Positions 12,786 to 25,666 of a DNA stretch of 64,000 nucleotides are shown piece by piece. The DNA comes from Octopus sinensis (taxonomy: Eukaryota), in contig NC_043007.1 in assembly GCF_006345805.1 (NCBI RefSeq), positions 37,820,001-37,884,000 on the forward strand, written 5' to 3'. The notes beneath the pieces are model-generated. The model did no database searches, was not told the DNA's origin, and saw only the letters and a program-made list of their open reading frames with translations. Numbering within the stretch: position 1 is the stretch's first letter; each line of letters starts with the position of its first letter. Made by a program: the position numbers and the translations under genes.

Positions 12786-14641
12786 CTTATGATTTCAATA
12801 TTACTATGGAAATCAAGTATGACTCGATTTCCATACCACTACCGCTACCACCAAAGCAGAGTGTGCTGTATTAAGACATAGGTGTACTATGTGTTTGCAT
12901 TGGCAACATAATGGTTCATGCATAGATGTGCACACATTCTGAAGCCATTACATACAAAATAAAGATAAAGACAAAGGTAAACAAAGAGAAATTGGTAAGC
13001 TTGTAACTTGGTATTTGCAGAAACAGGTTTAAAGTCAACAAATATTTCCTATTCAATTAAACATCTAATTAAGTTTCATAAGTTAAAACTGGAATCAGCT
13101 GAGAAACCCAAGGTGGTAAACTTCAATAAAAAGAGCAAGAAGGAGTGGACTCTTTAATAATAGTCAGGTGGCCAATGCATACGTCATATTAAGCACGCAG
13201 TCTCATGTCCCTTAACAATATTCACCACAATATGCAGCTTACAAAAGAGGCTCCTAGACATAGTGACTCATGATGTAGTGAAATGGACATAAGTGTCTTT
13301 CTTTATTCTATTTTCCTACTTATTTTTGTGATATACACTGTAGCAAAGTCTGGGGAAATTTTAACTCTCATCTATGTAGCACTACAAAGATATAGAAGTA
13401 CATACCACACTTTTAGAGGTCATTGCATTTAATGTTAATGGAGTGTAGAAAATGTGGATTTCTGTACAATTCACACAGAAAACACCTCATGCTCCTTGTG
13501 TACCATTGCTAGAGAAAAGAAGCAATGCCAGGGTGTGTGAAAAGCATGAACCTGTTGTCGACTTGCATAGTAGCAAAAGAATGGTGATATCTCTCTGACA
13601 AGCTGAATACGAAGGAAACATGCAGAGATGGCTATCACCTTCTCACTGTATTGTAGTGGGAAGGAGAAATAAATACAGGAAATGAAAATGAAAGAGATAA
13701 GCCAGAGAGAGAGAGTGGAGTGAGAAGGGAACGAGATAGAAGTAAGAAGAGAAAGGGAGAGCGACAGGGCAGGAGGGAGAAATTGAAAACAAAAATGACA
13801 AAAGAGTGTCGAGAGGAAAATGTCAAAGAAAGTAAATAAATTTAACTTTGAAGACAAGAATTTAAAATATTTTAGAGTGATCAATATAAATAAATATATA
13901 TAAATATATACAACAAAACCGCCATAAACTATAAACTCCCTGAACAAGTTTAACTCTTATCAGAACTAGAACCTCAATGAAGGACAACTCTGAAACAATG
14001 AGAACACAAAATACCAAAGGTTCAAGATCAACAACACAAATAAACAAGCACATTATATATGTATACATCCCATCATCAGTTACTCAATGCCTCGGTTTTA
14101 AATTTGATATGACAAATGTAGCATGGAATTTGGTTCATCAGCAGAGGTCCACCATTATCCATTCATCCAAAATGGATTTTCAACTCAGCAATGGATGTAC
14201 AGAACTTTGAATATAAAAAGCAGCAGTGCTAAGGTATGTATGAATATATGGCTATAATATCAACTGTTATCATCCTCATCATTATCCCCTTTTCCATGCT
14301 TGCATAGGCTAGAGAGAATTTGTAGAGGTAGATTTTTCCACAGCTAGATGCCTTTCCTGTCACCAACTCTCACCTGTTTCCAAACAAGGTAATATTTTCC
14401 CATGGTCAAACATGCCTTTCATGGAAGGCTGGAAACAAACAACATCACTTGTATGATGGTGAGGCTTGTTTTACTACCATTATATGATGTCAAGACAAAG
14501 GGGAAACACACACACATGCATACACATGTGCACAAACTTGTACACACACACACATGCATGCACACACACACACACACACAACTGGCTTCTTTCAGTTTCC
14601 CTCTACCAAATCCACTCACAAGCCTGGGGCTATAGTAGCAG

Positions 14642-14850
14642 AAACTTATCCAAGGTGCCACACAGTTGGCTTGAACCTGAATCCACATGATTGGGAAGCA
14701 AGCTTCTTAACCACACAGCCATGCTTGCACCTTGTATGCATGTGAAAAAACTTATCCAAGGTGCCAGACAGTTGGCTTGAACCTGAATCCACATGATTGG
14801 GAAGCAAGATTCTTAATCACACAGCCATGCTTGCTGCACCTTGTATGCAT
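14642..14850 (+). repeat. Tandem duplication, unit ~107 bp, of a SINE head plus flank
   Basis: aaacttatccaaggtgcca...gcaccttgtatgcat occurs twice. Confidence 0.85.
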
Positions 14851-15455
14851 ATAAGACTACTTAGTGCTGTTCTGACATGTGTAACCTTTCGTGAATGAGA
14901 AAACAAGCCTTGAAAGTATAATATGACTAGCCAGTGCAGGTGAGATTACCTCTGGGCCCTCAGCTGTACTGAACTTCAAAAACCTGCAGTTTTCAGATAT
15001 TACGTTTCACTATTTGATGAGCAATTTGTTTTCCTCAAACTACAATTTGCTCTTCTGGATTAGGCTCCGTCATTTGGTACAAGACAGTTCTAATTAACAG
15101 CTCTCATGTTCAAGGTAGAGGTATGTGTGTGTGTATGTACATGTGAGTTTGAGGGTGTGTGTGTGTGTATGTTTGTGTCTCCTTGTCTTCACATTACAAT
15201 GACAGTTGCAAATAAGTGTCACTACCATACAAGCAGTGCTATTCATTTCCAATATTTTGCAAAAATATATCTGTCTAAGAGGAGATATTACCTTGGTTGG
15301 AAATAGGTGAGGGTTGGTGACAGAAAGGGTACCCAGTCACCTAGCTGCAGAAAAATCTTCAAAAAATTAACTCTGCCCAAGCCATGCAATAATGGAAAAT
15401 AGTTGTTAAAGGAATGATGATGATGATGATACACACAAACACGTGCGCACAAATA

Positions 15456-15504
<49 letters not shown>

Positions 15505-15649
15505 GGATGAATGAATTATCCTTTGTTTACCATTAACATGGAAAATTCAATAAACAGTTACCAGGGTAGCAAAATTCACGCAAGTAACAAGGATGTAGCG
15601 ACCTATTCAAAGGTAGAAACTCCAGGTTAATGTGCAGTAATTTGTGTAG

Positions 15650-15859
15650 TATAAGTAAATAAATGGAGTTGAACGCAGATGCTATTCAAATTGTTATAAT
15701 GTCTTGTTGTTGAGATAGGTTCTCTTTCTTTCCTGATGAGAAGATTGCATTTTACACTGTTTATTCCTTTGGAATAAGACCAATGTTGTTTTCGAAACAT
15801 ATGTCGAAAGTAAAAGAATTTGAATAGCATCTGTGTTCAACTCCATTTATTTACTTATA
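15650..15859. repeat. 43-bp inverted repeat enclosing the hammerhead (PLE inverted pseudo-LTR-like remnant)
   Basis: tataagtaaataaatggagttgaacgcagatgctattcaaatt (15650-15692) versus its reverse complement at 15817-15859, 1 mismatch; the remnant lies between (TA)n runs. Confidence 0.85.
15728..15810 (+). ncRNA. Minimal type-I hammerhead ribozyme (Penelope-associated type), apparently intact
   Basis: ctttc-CTGATGA(15733-39)-stem II gaagattgcatt/aatgttgttttc with inner hairpin ttattcc/ggaataa-GAAA(15794-97)-palindromic CATATG-TC-gaaag. Stem I is ctttc/gaaag; predicted cleavage after GUC at 15805. Confidence 0.8.
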
Positions 15860-16052
15860 TATATACATATGTATATGCCATCATACAGCATTCATACACA
15901 AGCAAGGAAATTCAGACAACAATGTAAACAGAAGCAGTTTTAATAGAAAGGAATAAAAAGAAGAAGAAAAAAACTGCAACAGCAACATCAGTAAAAGAAA
16001 AAAGAGGAAAACAAAGCAACAACTAAAGTTCTTAAGCAATGATAAAACTTAC

Positions 16053-16165
16053 TTGTCTGCAATTGCTCGTTGGGACAAGTCCTGTAGTTCGCAGCTGTCG
16101 AATAACTGAGTGTTAGTTAGACCGAAAGTGTTTCGACATGCCTCAAGGAATACGTTGACATTGTC
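16053..16165 (-). CDS. LMO7/LIMCH1: Internal coding exon (113 nt, phase 0 to phase 2) of an LMO7/LIMCH1-family gene; part of the calponin-homology (CH) domain
   Basis: Minus strand reads ttttctatcttttag|GAC AAT GTC AAC...GCA GAC AA|gtaagt, with a canonical acceptor and a consensus donor. Translation DNVNVFLEACRNTFGLTNTQLFDSCELQDLSQRAIAD matches the vertebrate LMO7 CH segment as I recall it ([33 protein letters not shown]). Neighbouring exons were not found in the window. Confidence 0.88.
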
Positions 16166-16586
16166 CTAAAAGATAGAAAAACAAAAAAAGTCAAGAAATG
16201 GGACCAAAAAAGAAAAAACGAACATATATAGATTTGGTAATGAGAGAAAAGGGTTCAATGATATAAGAAAATTATAGTTGAGAGTAATTATACTTATTGA
16301 GAGGACAATATCAAGTGAGGACAATATCAAGTGACCATAATACTGTGCAGAAGGGAGTTGAAAAAGCTATGGAATTACACCAACCTAGCTGTTGACTAAA
16401 AAGCACTTTGTTTTTTATCTTTCAGTCAGGAGGAAAAGCAATGTTCATGACCCTTTACAGGGTATGGTCTCCAAATCTAGTGGGACAGCTGGAAAGAGAA
16501 ATATCTTCAAACCAGTAACGTAGTTTGAATACCTACAGTAGAGTGGCCTTCATTAAAGATATCTAAAGACTAAGTGCGAGTGTTAA

Positions 16587-16806
16587 CCCTTTAGCAGTTA
16601 AACTAGCCATATCCAGCTGAAATATTCTACCAGTTTTATGTTCAAACTGGCCAGATCTGGGCTCTCACACCTACCTTACAATATCATTCTGAAAATATAC
16701 AATAACATCATCAAAACCTCAAAGCCACAATATAATACATGATTAATTCAAAACCATGCAGATAAATAAGGTTTACATTTGACGCAGTAATCTGAATGCT
16801 AAAGGG
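16587..16806. mobile_element. piggyBac-type MITE (TTAA TSD)
   Basis: ttaa|ccctttagca ... tgctaaaggg|ttaa. Confidence 0.85.
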
Positions 16807-17724
16807 TTAAACTAGGTGACAGATACAGTTAATCACCCAAGCAAGCCTTGGCAAAATTTGAACATGGAATGCAATGAGCTAGAGCAAATACTGCAAAGTA
16901 TTTGGTTTGACATTCTTATGGTTCTGTTGAAGTATGCCCTGGATTGGATGAAATGTAAAGTTGTTAAGGCATGCCCTAGAAAGGATGAAATGTAAAGTTG
17001 ACCTGAGTGCAACTCAAACTCACAAAGTAAAGAGCTGGAACAAATAGTTTGAGGCATTTTTTTTCCCTGATACACCAATGATTCTTCCAGGAATCAACAT
17101 ACTACTGCATTAATTACCATCACTATTTTCCACATTCCATACACGCAAGAATAAAATATTTCCAAACAAATGCCAAAGGAAATGCTCAGCTCTGATTTCA
17201 TGATTTTAAATAAATGAGAGGTAAATCCACTCCTGGATTGGGAACTGGTCATTTTTGTTAACATTTCCAAATGACATGGTATCTATCGCCAACAGATAAA
17301 CTTGTATGTACTGACCTATTCATAAATAATAACATGAAACTCTGTACCTATAGAATACAAGCATATAGCTGCTCTGTTACAAATTAGTCATCCTAAAGTT
17401 CAAAATGAAGTTTGCAACCCAGAAATTTTAAGACAGTGGGGTTTTGAAGTAAAAACAAATTGTAATGATGAGGATATGAAAAATATTTTACAAGCAAATA
17501 AGTTTGAAACTTAAGTGACCCCAGCATCAAGTATTCCAGAACCATATTTGATGGCATAAAAGATGCAAGCACATTTTAGATGTATCCCAATTTCAGAGGC
17601 ACATATTCAAGAAAAAATAGCTTTTAGTGCATAAAGCTTATGGGGGCTTCAATTTCAACTATAGGATGTGGGAGGATTTTTTAGACTTTTTCTTGGAGAA
17701 AAAAAGGCATCTAATATGCCATCA

Positions 17725-18229
17725 TATGAGATATGATTAAAAAAATATCAGGAATGATGCTATGATAATGGAGCTAAAGTATGCAGAGTGAAGCCGCTTG
17801 GCACAGGTTGACCTTGAACTCTGTGGCACATGCATACTAAGTTATAATATTCTTGCACACTTCTGTTGTTTATAGCAGTGTTTGGAAGTAAAATGTGTAG
17901 GGTGTGGTCATCTCAAAAAGAAGACAAAAACATTTTGAAGACAGTCATAATAGGTGACAAATTGTGGGTCTATAGCTATGACCCCAAAACCAAGGCTTGA
18001 AAAGAACAATGTTTCAATAAATTGAGGAAATCCAATAGAATGCGATAAGGCAGTTGCTCATTATTCCAATAAAGGGATTCTGGAAATGCTTCCATCAATA
18101 GAAACAACACTAGATAATATGTGGGGCTTCAGAAGGGGACTACTTTGAAGGGGATTAAATGCCAAATTGATGTATTGTAATTTTTTTTTTTTATAACATC
18201 AGTACTGATACTTTTTATCAGACTACATA
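17725..18229 (+). mobile_element. Decayed, internally deleted mariner element
   Basis: Imperfect TIRs tatgagatatgattaaaaaaatatcagg / ctgatactttttatcagactacata; remnants IIGDKLWVYSYDPKTK and SEGDYFEGD*. Confidence 0.8.
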
Positions 18230-18869
18230 TATGGCATATATTTATACATCAAGTGTTTTAATATGCAATAAATGAAAGGTGATTTAAAAACTGAGGGGGC
18301 AGTGTTTGAAACCAAGCAGCTACAAAAAAAAAAGGGTTTCAAAGTGAATAATTTTGATAAAAAAAAAAGAATATTTAAAAACAGCAGTTTGTGTATGTTT
18401 TCAGATATTATTAACAACAGATTGTTTCTATAACAAATTCAAACTTTTCAAATGATTTACCAGATTTTCAACAAAAAAAGAATCAAATAAAAGATAATCT
18501 CAGTGATTAACTATCTTAGTTGTCAAACATGTTTCCACCAACACAAATGTATTCTTATCGTTATTGACTGTGCAACAGCTTTGCACAGTATATGCTTTTT
18601 CATGCAAAACTAAATGACAGTTGCACAACTAGACATTTTAGCTGCACAGCATGCATGGAAATAATCAGAAAATATTTGTCTAGATTGAAATCTGAGTGTT
18701 CAGATTTCTTTTTTTCTTTTTCTTTTTCATACTGACTGGTAGTTATTTAAACTATTCAGGACAATAGTGAAGGGCGTGTTTCAATCAGTGAACAATTAAA
18801 AATAACTATATAGACGATTTCTGATAATAGATTAGAAACCTTTCACTTCAATTGAGTTACTGCAGTTAA

Positions 18870-19830
18870 TAAATAAGTTACCATTAAGAGACCAAATGCA
18901 AGGACCAGATTAATGGACCAAGTAATGGACCAACAGCAAGTGATAGACAAGCTGCTAGCAACAGACCAGTTGCAAGCAACAAATGAACAGTGAGCAATAT
19001 ATTGGGTCGTCTGGAAAGTTTGTGCCAATTTATAGTAGCTTACCTTTCAACTTATTTTAGAACATGGATGAGTCATTAAAATAGGATTTGACTACACCTC
19101 CATTTAGAGCACAGTTTAAGATATCTTTTCACGGAAGAAGATTTATGTTCCTATAACCTTGTTAATTCTGTAACCTTTTAAAATGGAAGACAAGAAAGTT
19201 CATTTTCGGCACTTGATGCTTTGGGAACCAGGCAAAAATTGCTGCAGCTTGGCTAGGATATGCTACTCCACCATCCATATTCACCAGATATTGCTCCTTC
19301 AGATTTCCACTTATTCAGGTCTCTGCAGAATAGTCTTAATGGTAAAAATTTCAATTCCTTGGATCATGTAAAAAGATACCTTGATGAATTGTTTGCCATG
19401 AAACCTCAATTCTGGGAAGAGGGTATTTTCAAGTTAAAGGAAAGATGGAGACGCATTGTGCAACAACATGGTTCATATTTGGTTGATTAAAAATGTAATG
19501 GCAAGTATTTATTGACCTTTTTCTTTCCTTTAAAAATCGGCAGGAACTTTGTGAACAACCCAATACAAACAGCAAGCGAAAGACTAATTGTAAGTAATGA
19601 ACAAATTGCAAGCAAAAGAACCAGCAGCAAGCAACAGTCTGGCTGCCCACAAAAGACAAGTAGCAAGCAACAGGTCAGTAGCAATCCATACAGAAACTGA
19701 AAGTAACTTGGAATTTTAACAACAGCTAAACTTCAAGCAACAAACTTGATAACAATAAGCCAGTTGCTAGCAAGAAACTCAATATTAGCAATGGACCAGC
19801 TGGAAAAGAGAAGTAACTCAAGAATAGAGC
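18870..19830 (+). repeat. Degenerate ~21-bp minisatellite (caagcaacagaccagttg-like), split by the mariner at 19002-19563
   Basis: Recurring gaccag/caagcaa motifs on both sides of the transposon. Confidence 0.6.
19002..19563 (+). mobile_element. Internally deleted mariner element (mellifera-like TIR) with TA target duplication
   Basis: ta|ttgggtcgtctggaaagtttgtgccaattt ... aaatcggcaggaactttgtgaacaacccaa|ta. ORF pieces MEDKKVHFRHLMLWE and HHPYSPDIAPSDFHLFRSLQNSL...ERWRRIVQQHGSY. Confidence 0.92.
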
Positions 19831-20255
19831 TTAGTCCTAAACTGATGATAAATTAATTCAGCAGACTTCAACTGTACAGACTTGTCCTTGCCACATATTC
19901 CTAACATCCGAATAATAGTGCAGTGTGTATTGATCTTCAAATTATTTCTATTGTGGATCCACAATAATGTCGTCCAATGTCACATTTTAGTAATTCTGAT
20001 CCTCTATACTGTCTTATTTAATGCTGCAGGCTTCACAATGTAACATAAAATACAAGAGAAGCCTTTTGTTTTATATAAGGATTGCCAGTTTAGCATGCTG
20101 GAAATTTGTTGTTTTTTTTTCAAATTATTTTGATGTATGTAAGCCCTTTAATTTTTACTCTCAGGGTTAAAACAGTTCTTTCTCCTCCTCACCACCATCA
20201 TGCCTCTGCCATCCATATCACCATTTTAGATAGTTCAACAGGATAACAGGAGTGG

Positions 20256-20425
20256 CGCAGGAGGCACAGGAGTGGTTGTGTGGTAAGTAGCTTGCTTACC
20301 AACCACATGGTTTCGGGTTCAGTCCCACTGCGTGGCACCTTGGACATGTGTCTTCTACTATAGCCTCAGGCCGACCAAAGCCTTGTGAGTGGATTTGGTA
20401 GACAGAAACTGAAAGAAGCCCATCA

Positions 20426-20512
<87 letters not shown>

Positions 20513-20712
20513 CAGTGTTTGTTCCCCCAACATCACTTGACAACTGATGCTGGTGTGTTTACGTCCCCGTAACTTAGCAGTTCAGCAAAAGAGACCGATA
20601 GAATAAGTACTAGGCTTATAAAGAATAAGTCCTGGGGTCGATTTGGTTAACTAAAGGTGGTGCTCCAGCATAGCTGCAGTCAAATTACTGAAACAAGTAA
20701 AAGAGTAAAGAG
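20256..20712 (+). mobile_element. SINE family B with internal (TA)n(TG)n microsatellite, full-length
   Basis: tRNA-like head gtggttgtgtggtaagtagc...gggttcagtccc, accttggacatgt (CORE-like), internal microsatellite, tail gtgctccagcat.gc.gcagtc.aat.actgaaacaagtaaaagag. Related copies at ~2130-2470(-), 7195-7820(-), 14580-14730(-), 49850-50070(-), 50875-51268(+), 57695-58110(+). Confidence 0.85.
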
Positions 20713-20879
20713 TATGATGCAGTAAGATGGAGGATTGTTTTGTGCTCCAATGTCTTGGTTTTGGAACGGTTTCTACGGCTGGATATCCTTCCTAATGCTA
20801 ACCACTTTATAGAGGGTACTGGGTGCTTTTTTTACATTGTACAGACACTAGTGCTGCCAACTTGTAACTCTGGAATAAC

Positions 20880-21530
20880 TAAAGAACCAGTGTGACTGAA
20901 AGAAAAATACAAGAGAGAGAAAGTGATGGGGAGAAAAGGACAGATATTGAAATTTTAGGTGGGGTGGTGAGAGGGTGGGGTATGATAAGAGGAACAAATT
21001 GCTGTGAGGGACTGTAGTGGGGAGAGTCACAGGATGGACACTGCTGGGATGAGAAGTATGGAAAGAATAGGGTGAAGGTGAAGGAAAAGAGTAGTGTTAA
21101 GGGATTGCTAGGAAAGAAAGGACAGAGTAGAAGAGTTGTGGGGTGGATTGTACAAGGAAGATCCAGTGCAATCCCATGTGATAAAGTTGAAATATGGGTG
21201 GAAGATGGGAGAAGAAGGGGAATGAGAAAGAGATGACGGTGATGAGGATCCAGGGAAGCTATGAAAAGAGAAGGGAGCCATTGCAGGTTGAGAGGAGTGA
21301 GGTTATCAAGAGGGGGAAAAAAGGGAAGGAAAGATGAGACAGTACTGAGGTGGGAGAAAAGTTGTGAGGAGAGGGCACAGAGAGAAAGACAGGCGAAGAG
21401 TGTAGAAGCAGTGGGAGGGAAAAAAGAGGCAGAATGGAACCATAAGAGGTGGGGGTATAGCAGAAGATAAGTGTAATGAAAAAATTCCAAGAGAAATGAA
21501 GGAGAGGGGAAATGGAGAGAAGTACCGAAA
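20880..21530 (+). other. Purine-rich (GA) low-complexity tract, probably a decayed repeat
   Basis: About 650 nt strongly G/A-biased; produces the spurious F/L/S/P-rich 233-aa minus-strand ORF. Confidence 0.55.
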
Positions 21531-23161
21531 ACTCCCAAACTACTTCCCTTGTTTGCGTTCTCTTTGCTATACATGCCCAACAGATGGTTTTCTCAGTTAC
21601 AGCATGTAACCAATTGTCACAATTCCTTATCTATTTTGTGAGGCTCAGGATCCCTTTACTCTGTCTTTCTAGGTCTTTCTGTTCAAAAGCACCCTCTCAC
21701 ACCATCAACTTTGAGTGCTCAGCACTTTCTTTTACGCAGCTATCATCATCATCTACACACACTAAAATTTCAAATACAGTCTTCCCTCTAGCAAACTACA
21801 CCTGATTCTTTTTATACACAGCTTTTCCCCCCACCTCATTTTGTGTCACAATAATGGTTTCTTACATTGGCAGAAGGCCAGAACATTTCTTAGAGAGGAG
21901 GTCCAGCCAAGTGAACCTTAATTCAATGACAATGAATTTTTCAGAGTTCCTTCAACTGGTTACAATATATGAAATTCTCTTACTCATGTGGCTAATTATG
22001 GAAATTTTTATAAACAAAACAAAGGAAAAAAAACCTTTTTCAATCACAAAAAGTTAAAGTAGTTATAAAAAGAGTAATTTTCGTTTACAATCTGTATCCC
22101 TAAAATTATGCATTGATAAAATTTATAACATCATGTGTAACTCTAAGAGTGTTTAAAAGTTAAACTGCCATTATTGCACGAGTGCTAATTATTTTATCAA
22201 TCTCTGAGAAATGAAAAGCTAAAACCAGATCTGACAGGATTTGAACCCATTCTAGTTTGACAACTATAACAAAAAACAAAAACATCAAATATATGGTGAT
22301 GATGCGCACACACACACACACACACCAGACAGGACAGAGATGATCATCTTTTGAAATGTCTCAGCATTAGGCATGGAAATTTTAAGTATATTAAGAGACT
22401 TTTGACTGTTTGACATTTAAACAGGTCTGACCTCCTGGAAGTCCAACTTCCAGAAAGATATTCAAAGGTTAACCAGCTTTAATTATTTTTTAAATGCCTA
22501 AAGAAGCTAACTAAAGTGATTAACTTAAAGTAACCTACATCCTTTCAGACAGGAATGATAATTATTATTTAATATTTTCAACATTATTATTATTATTATT
22601 ATTATTTCCATTTCACTTCTCAGAGCTCTTGATTTCACTTGCTCCAGCTAATTCTGTAAAAGCAGACAACAGCCTGTTGTCAAGGATCTTACAGGGCTTC
22701 TTTCCACAATACTTAACACCCGGGTACCAATCTCAAAATTCTCACTGTACCCAATAAAGCAATTTTCTGAGCATGTTCTACTCTGATGTCAATCCCAGTT
22801 TCTCCAACAAATTTATCAAATCTGGTTGTTAATACTCTTAGTGTTTCTACAACTATTATTTCCTTTCCTTTTTTTCTTTTTCCTCGTTACCTTGTCACAT
22901 GAAAGTGAAAACTAATGATGTCATTTTATCTAAAAAGTAACGCAGGATTTCCTTATTATTCATATTTTGAATTTCTGTATTTCTGTGATTTTTCCATTTT
23001 ACATTATGAACCTTAAGAAGACAGATAATCTGTTGAAATATTGTTCAATTCATTAAATAAACAATCTCTATTACAAATTGCATCACACTCTTCTTATTGT
23101 CTTTTTACCTTCATGAACAGTTACTTCAATCTTAATAAATTATTATTATTATTATTATTAA

Positions 23162-23381
23162 CCCTTTTGTTACCAACCTGGCTGAAACTGGCTCTGGCTT
23201 TGTTTTCAAATGCCTTGTTTTCATAAGTTTTGGATTAAAATCTTCTACCAAACCTTTGTCATAATTTATGTTCCTAACACTAGCTTAATGATAACTAAGT
23301 TATTTTACTAAATTCTTTGTTATATTTAAAGTAATTGAGAGAAACACAGAACATCTCAAAATAAATTCAGTAACGAAAGGG
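23162..23381. mobile_element. piggyBac-type MITE (TTAA TSD)
   Basis: ttaa|cccttttgttac ... gtaacgaaaggg|ttaa. Confidence 0.85.
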
Positions 23382-23385
23382 TTAA

Positions 23386-24040
23386 GGTGATAAGCTGGCA
23401 GAATCAATAGCACACCAGGCAAAATGCTTGACAATATTTTGTCTGTCTTTACATTCTGAGTTCAAAATCTGTCAAGGTGGACTTTGCCTTTCATCATTTT
23501 GTGGTCAATAAATTAAGTTCCAGTTGTGTACTGGTCCCCACAAATTTCAGGCCTTGTGCCTATAGTAGAAATTATTATTATTATTATTAAGGCAGTGAGT
23601 TGCCAGAATTGTTACCATGCCAATAAAATGCTTAGTGGCATTTCTTCTGCTTTTATGTTCTGAGTTCAAATGCCACTGGGGTCAACTTTGCATTTCATCC
23701 TTTTGGGATTAATAAAACAAGTACCAGTCAAGTACTGGGGTTGATGTGACTGACTTACCCTCTCCTCAAAAATTTCAGGTCATGTGCCTATAGTAGAAAG
23801 GATTATTATTATTATTATTATTATTATTAAGGCAGCGAACTGGCAGAATTGTTAGTGCACTGGATGAAATGCTTAGCAATATTTCACCTGTCGCTACATT
23901 CTGAGTTCAAATTTTGCTGAGGTTGACTTTACCTTTCATCCTTTCAAGGTCAATAAAATAAGCACCTGTTGTACATTGGGGTCAATGTAATCAACTCATC
24001 CCTACCTTCCACAAGCTCCCTTTTGGCAAAAATTCAAAAT
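23386..24040 (+). repeat. Head-to-tail array of three older family-A-like SINEs separated by (ATT)n
   Basis: Units aaggc..gagctggcagaat...ctgagttcaaat...ctttcatcc...tagtagaaa(ttat)n. Confidence 0.8.
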
Positions 24041-24839
24041 TATTACTTCCACCTTAGCAAAGGCGGAGGTATTGTTTCACACAAAGAAAATTCAAGGCAA
24101 TTTTTCACTTAGGCATGCCATTCAGATAGTTCCATGAACCACAGTGAGAAACATTTAGAAACAGCAGCCAAGTCTCCCTCCATGAAAGTCACAGAAATGG
24201 TCTGAAATTTTAATAATTTTTGTTTTTTTAATTATTGTTATTAAATATCAAAACCCTTTCCTTTCTTTTGTGACATTTCAATATTTAATATCAGTATTAA
24301 GGCAGCAAGCAGGCAGAATTGTTAGCACACTGGGCAAAATGATTAGCGACATTTTGCCTGTCTTTATGCTCTGCCTTCAAATCTGCCAAGGTTGACTTTG
24401 CCTTTCATACTTCTGGGGATGGGATCGATAAAATAAGTATCAGTTGAGTACTAGGGTTGATATAATCAATTTACTCTCTCCCTCGAAGTTGCTGGCCTTG
24501 TGCCAAAATTTGAAATCAATATTTAAGAAATATACAAAAAAAAGTTAATAAAAAGAAGTTATTAAACTTTCAGACCCCTTTGGCCCATCCTATATTACTT
24601 CAGCTCCACCACTTATGTAGTGGATTTAAAGAAATGTCCTGTTACTTCTTTCAACATGGTTATCCTTGAGCCAACCCAACAAAGGAACACCCACATGCAA
24701 AATATAGTAACCAAATCTCCCACAACTCACACATTACAGTTTGAATTCTTTCACTGTTATATTTATGTTGAAATACATTTCTTTTGCTTCAATAAATTTT
24801 GAAAATAATGAAGAATTTAGTAAGAAAACTCATTATTGA

Positions 24840-25144
24840 TCCTTTTGATACCAACCTGTCTGAAAATGTCCTTGGTTCTATGATAATTCCCTGTTTTAAA
24901 GTGACCTAAAATTAAAATTTCCATCAAAATTTCCAGTCAATTTATGTTCCAAATGCCTGCTTCATAATGAGTTATTTTGCTAAATTCTTCATTGGTTTCA
25001 AAATTAATTGAAAGAAAAGTAAGATGGTGTTTGGAACATGGATGAATGTGAAATCCTGATGGAAGGTTTAATTTCAAACATTTTAAAACAGAAAATTTGC
25101 ATCAAAGAAACACGGCTGGTCTCAGGTGGTTGGTATAAAAAGGG
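24840..25144. mobile_element. Degenerate piggyBac-type MITE related to 23162-23381
   Basis: ccttttgataccaacc ... ggttggtataaaaaggg; internal similarity (aatttatgttcc, gttattttgctaaattct) to the 23.2-kb element. Confidence 0.65.
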
Positions 25145-25398
25145 CTAAATAAGAGAAAGGCATATTGAGTAAATGTAGTCCTACATACCCATAAAAAAGT
25201 GTGTGTGTTTGTGATGCAGGGGTGTCATGACTGGGGTACTTTGATCATGAGGTCTGCTAAGTCAGGACTGACCAGGAGGTACACAACAATAATATGGTTG
25301 CATTTATTTAGTCATAGGAACTCCTCTCTGTGGTGCTATAGGCTACAGGAAGATTTACTGCACTCTTGCCTCATACATATATTGCACTTTATATTTGA

Positions 25399-25479
25399 GG
25401 CTCTGATGAAGCTATAGGATGTTATTCAGGCCCTCAACTAAGAGTCTGCTGCATCTTATAGCAGAAACAGCCGTAAGCT
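25399..25479 (+). ncRNA. Minimal hammerhead ribozyme motif (PLE type)
   Basis: ggct-CTGATGA-a gctataggatg...catcttatagc a-GAAA-CAGCCG-TA-agct. Stem II is 11 bp; stem III is near-palindromic (one change from CAGCTG). Confidence 0.65.
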
Positions 25480-25611
25480 AAAGTACATAACAAAAACATT
25501 GCTTTTCCTGTGTCATCTCTTTTTCTTACTACTGCTCATACATATGAACATATGTTATTTTATTCTTTTAGTTGTTTCAGTAATTTGACTGTGGCCATGC
25601 TGGAGCACTGC

Positions 25612-25666
<55 letters not shown>

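Noticed and set aside
13471-13645. Possible exon after a pyrimidine-rich acceptor (…caatacag|TGAGAAG), in phase with the CH exon
   Set aside because: Translation (NEKVIAISACFLRIQ…) has no resemblance to LMO7/LIMCH1 and there is no convincing donor; likely chance within a CT-rich tract.
20879-21580. 233-aa minus-strand ORF (longest in the track)
   Set aside because: F/L/S/P-rich product of a CT-rich low-complexity strand; no recognisable domain or splice support.
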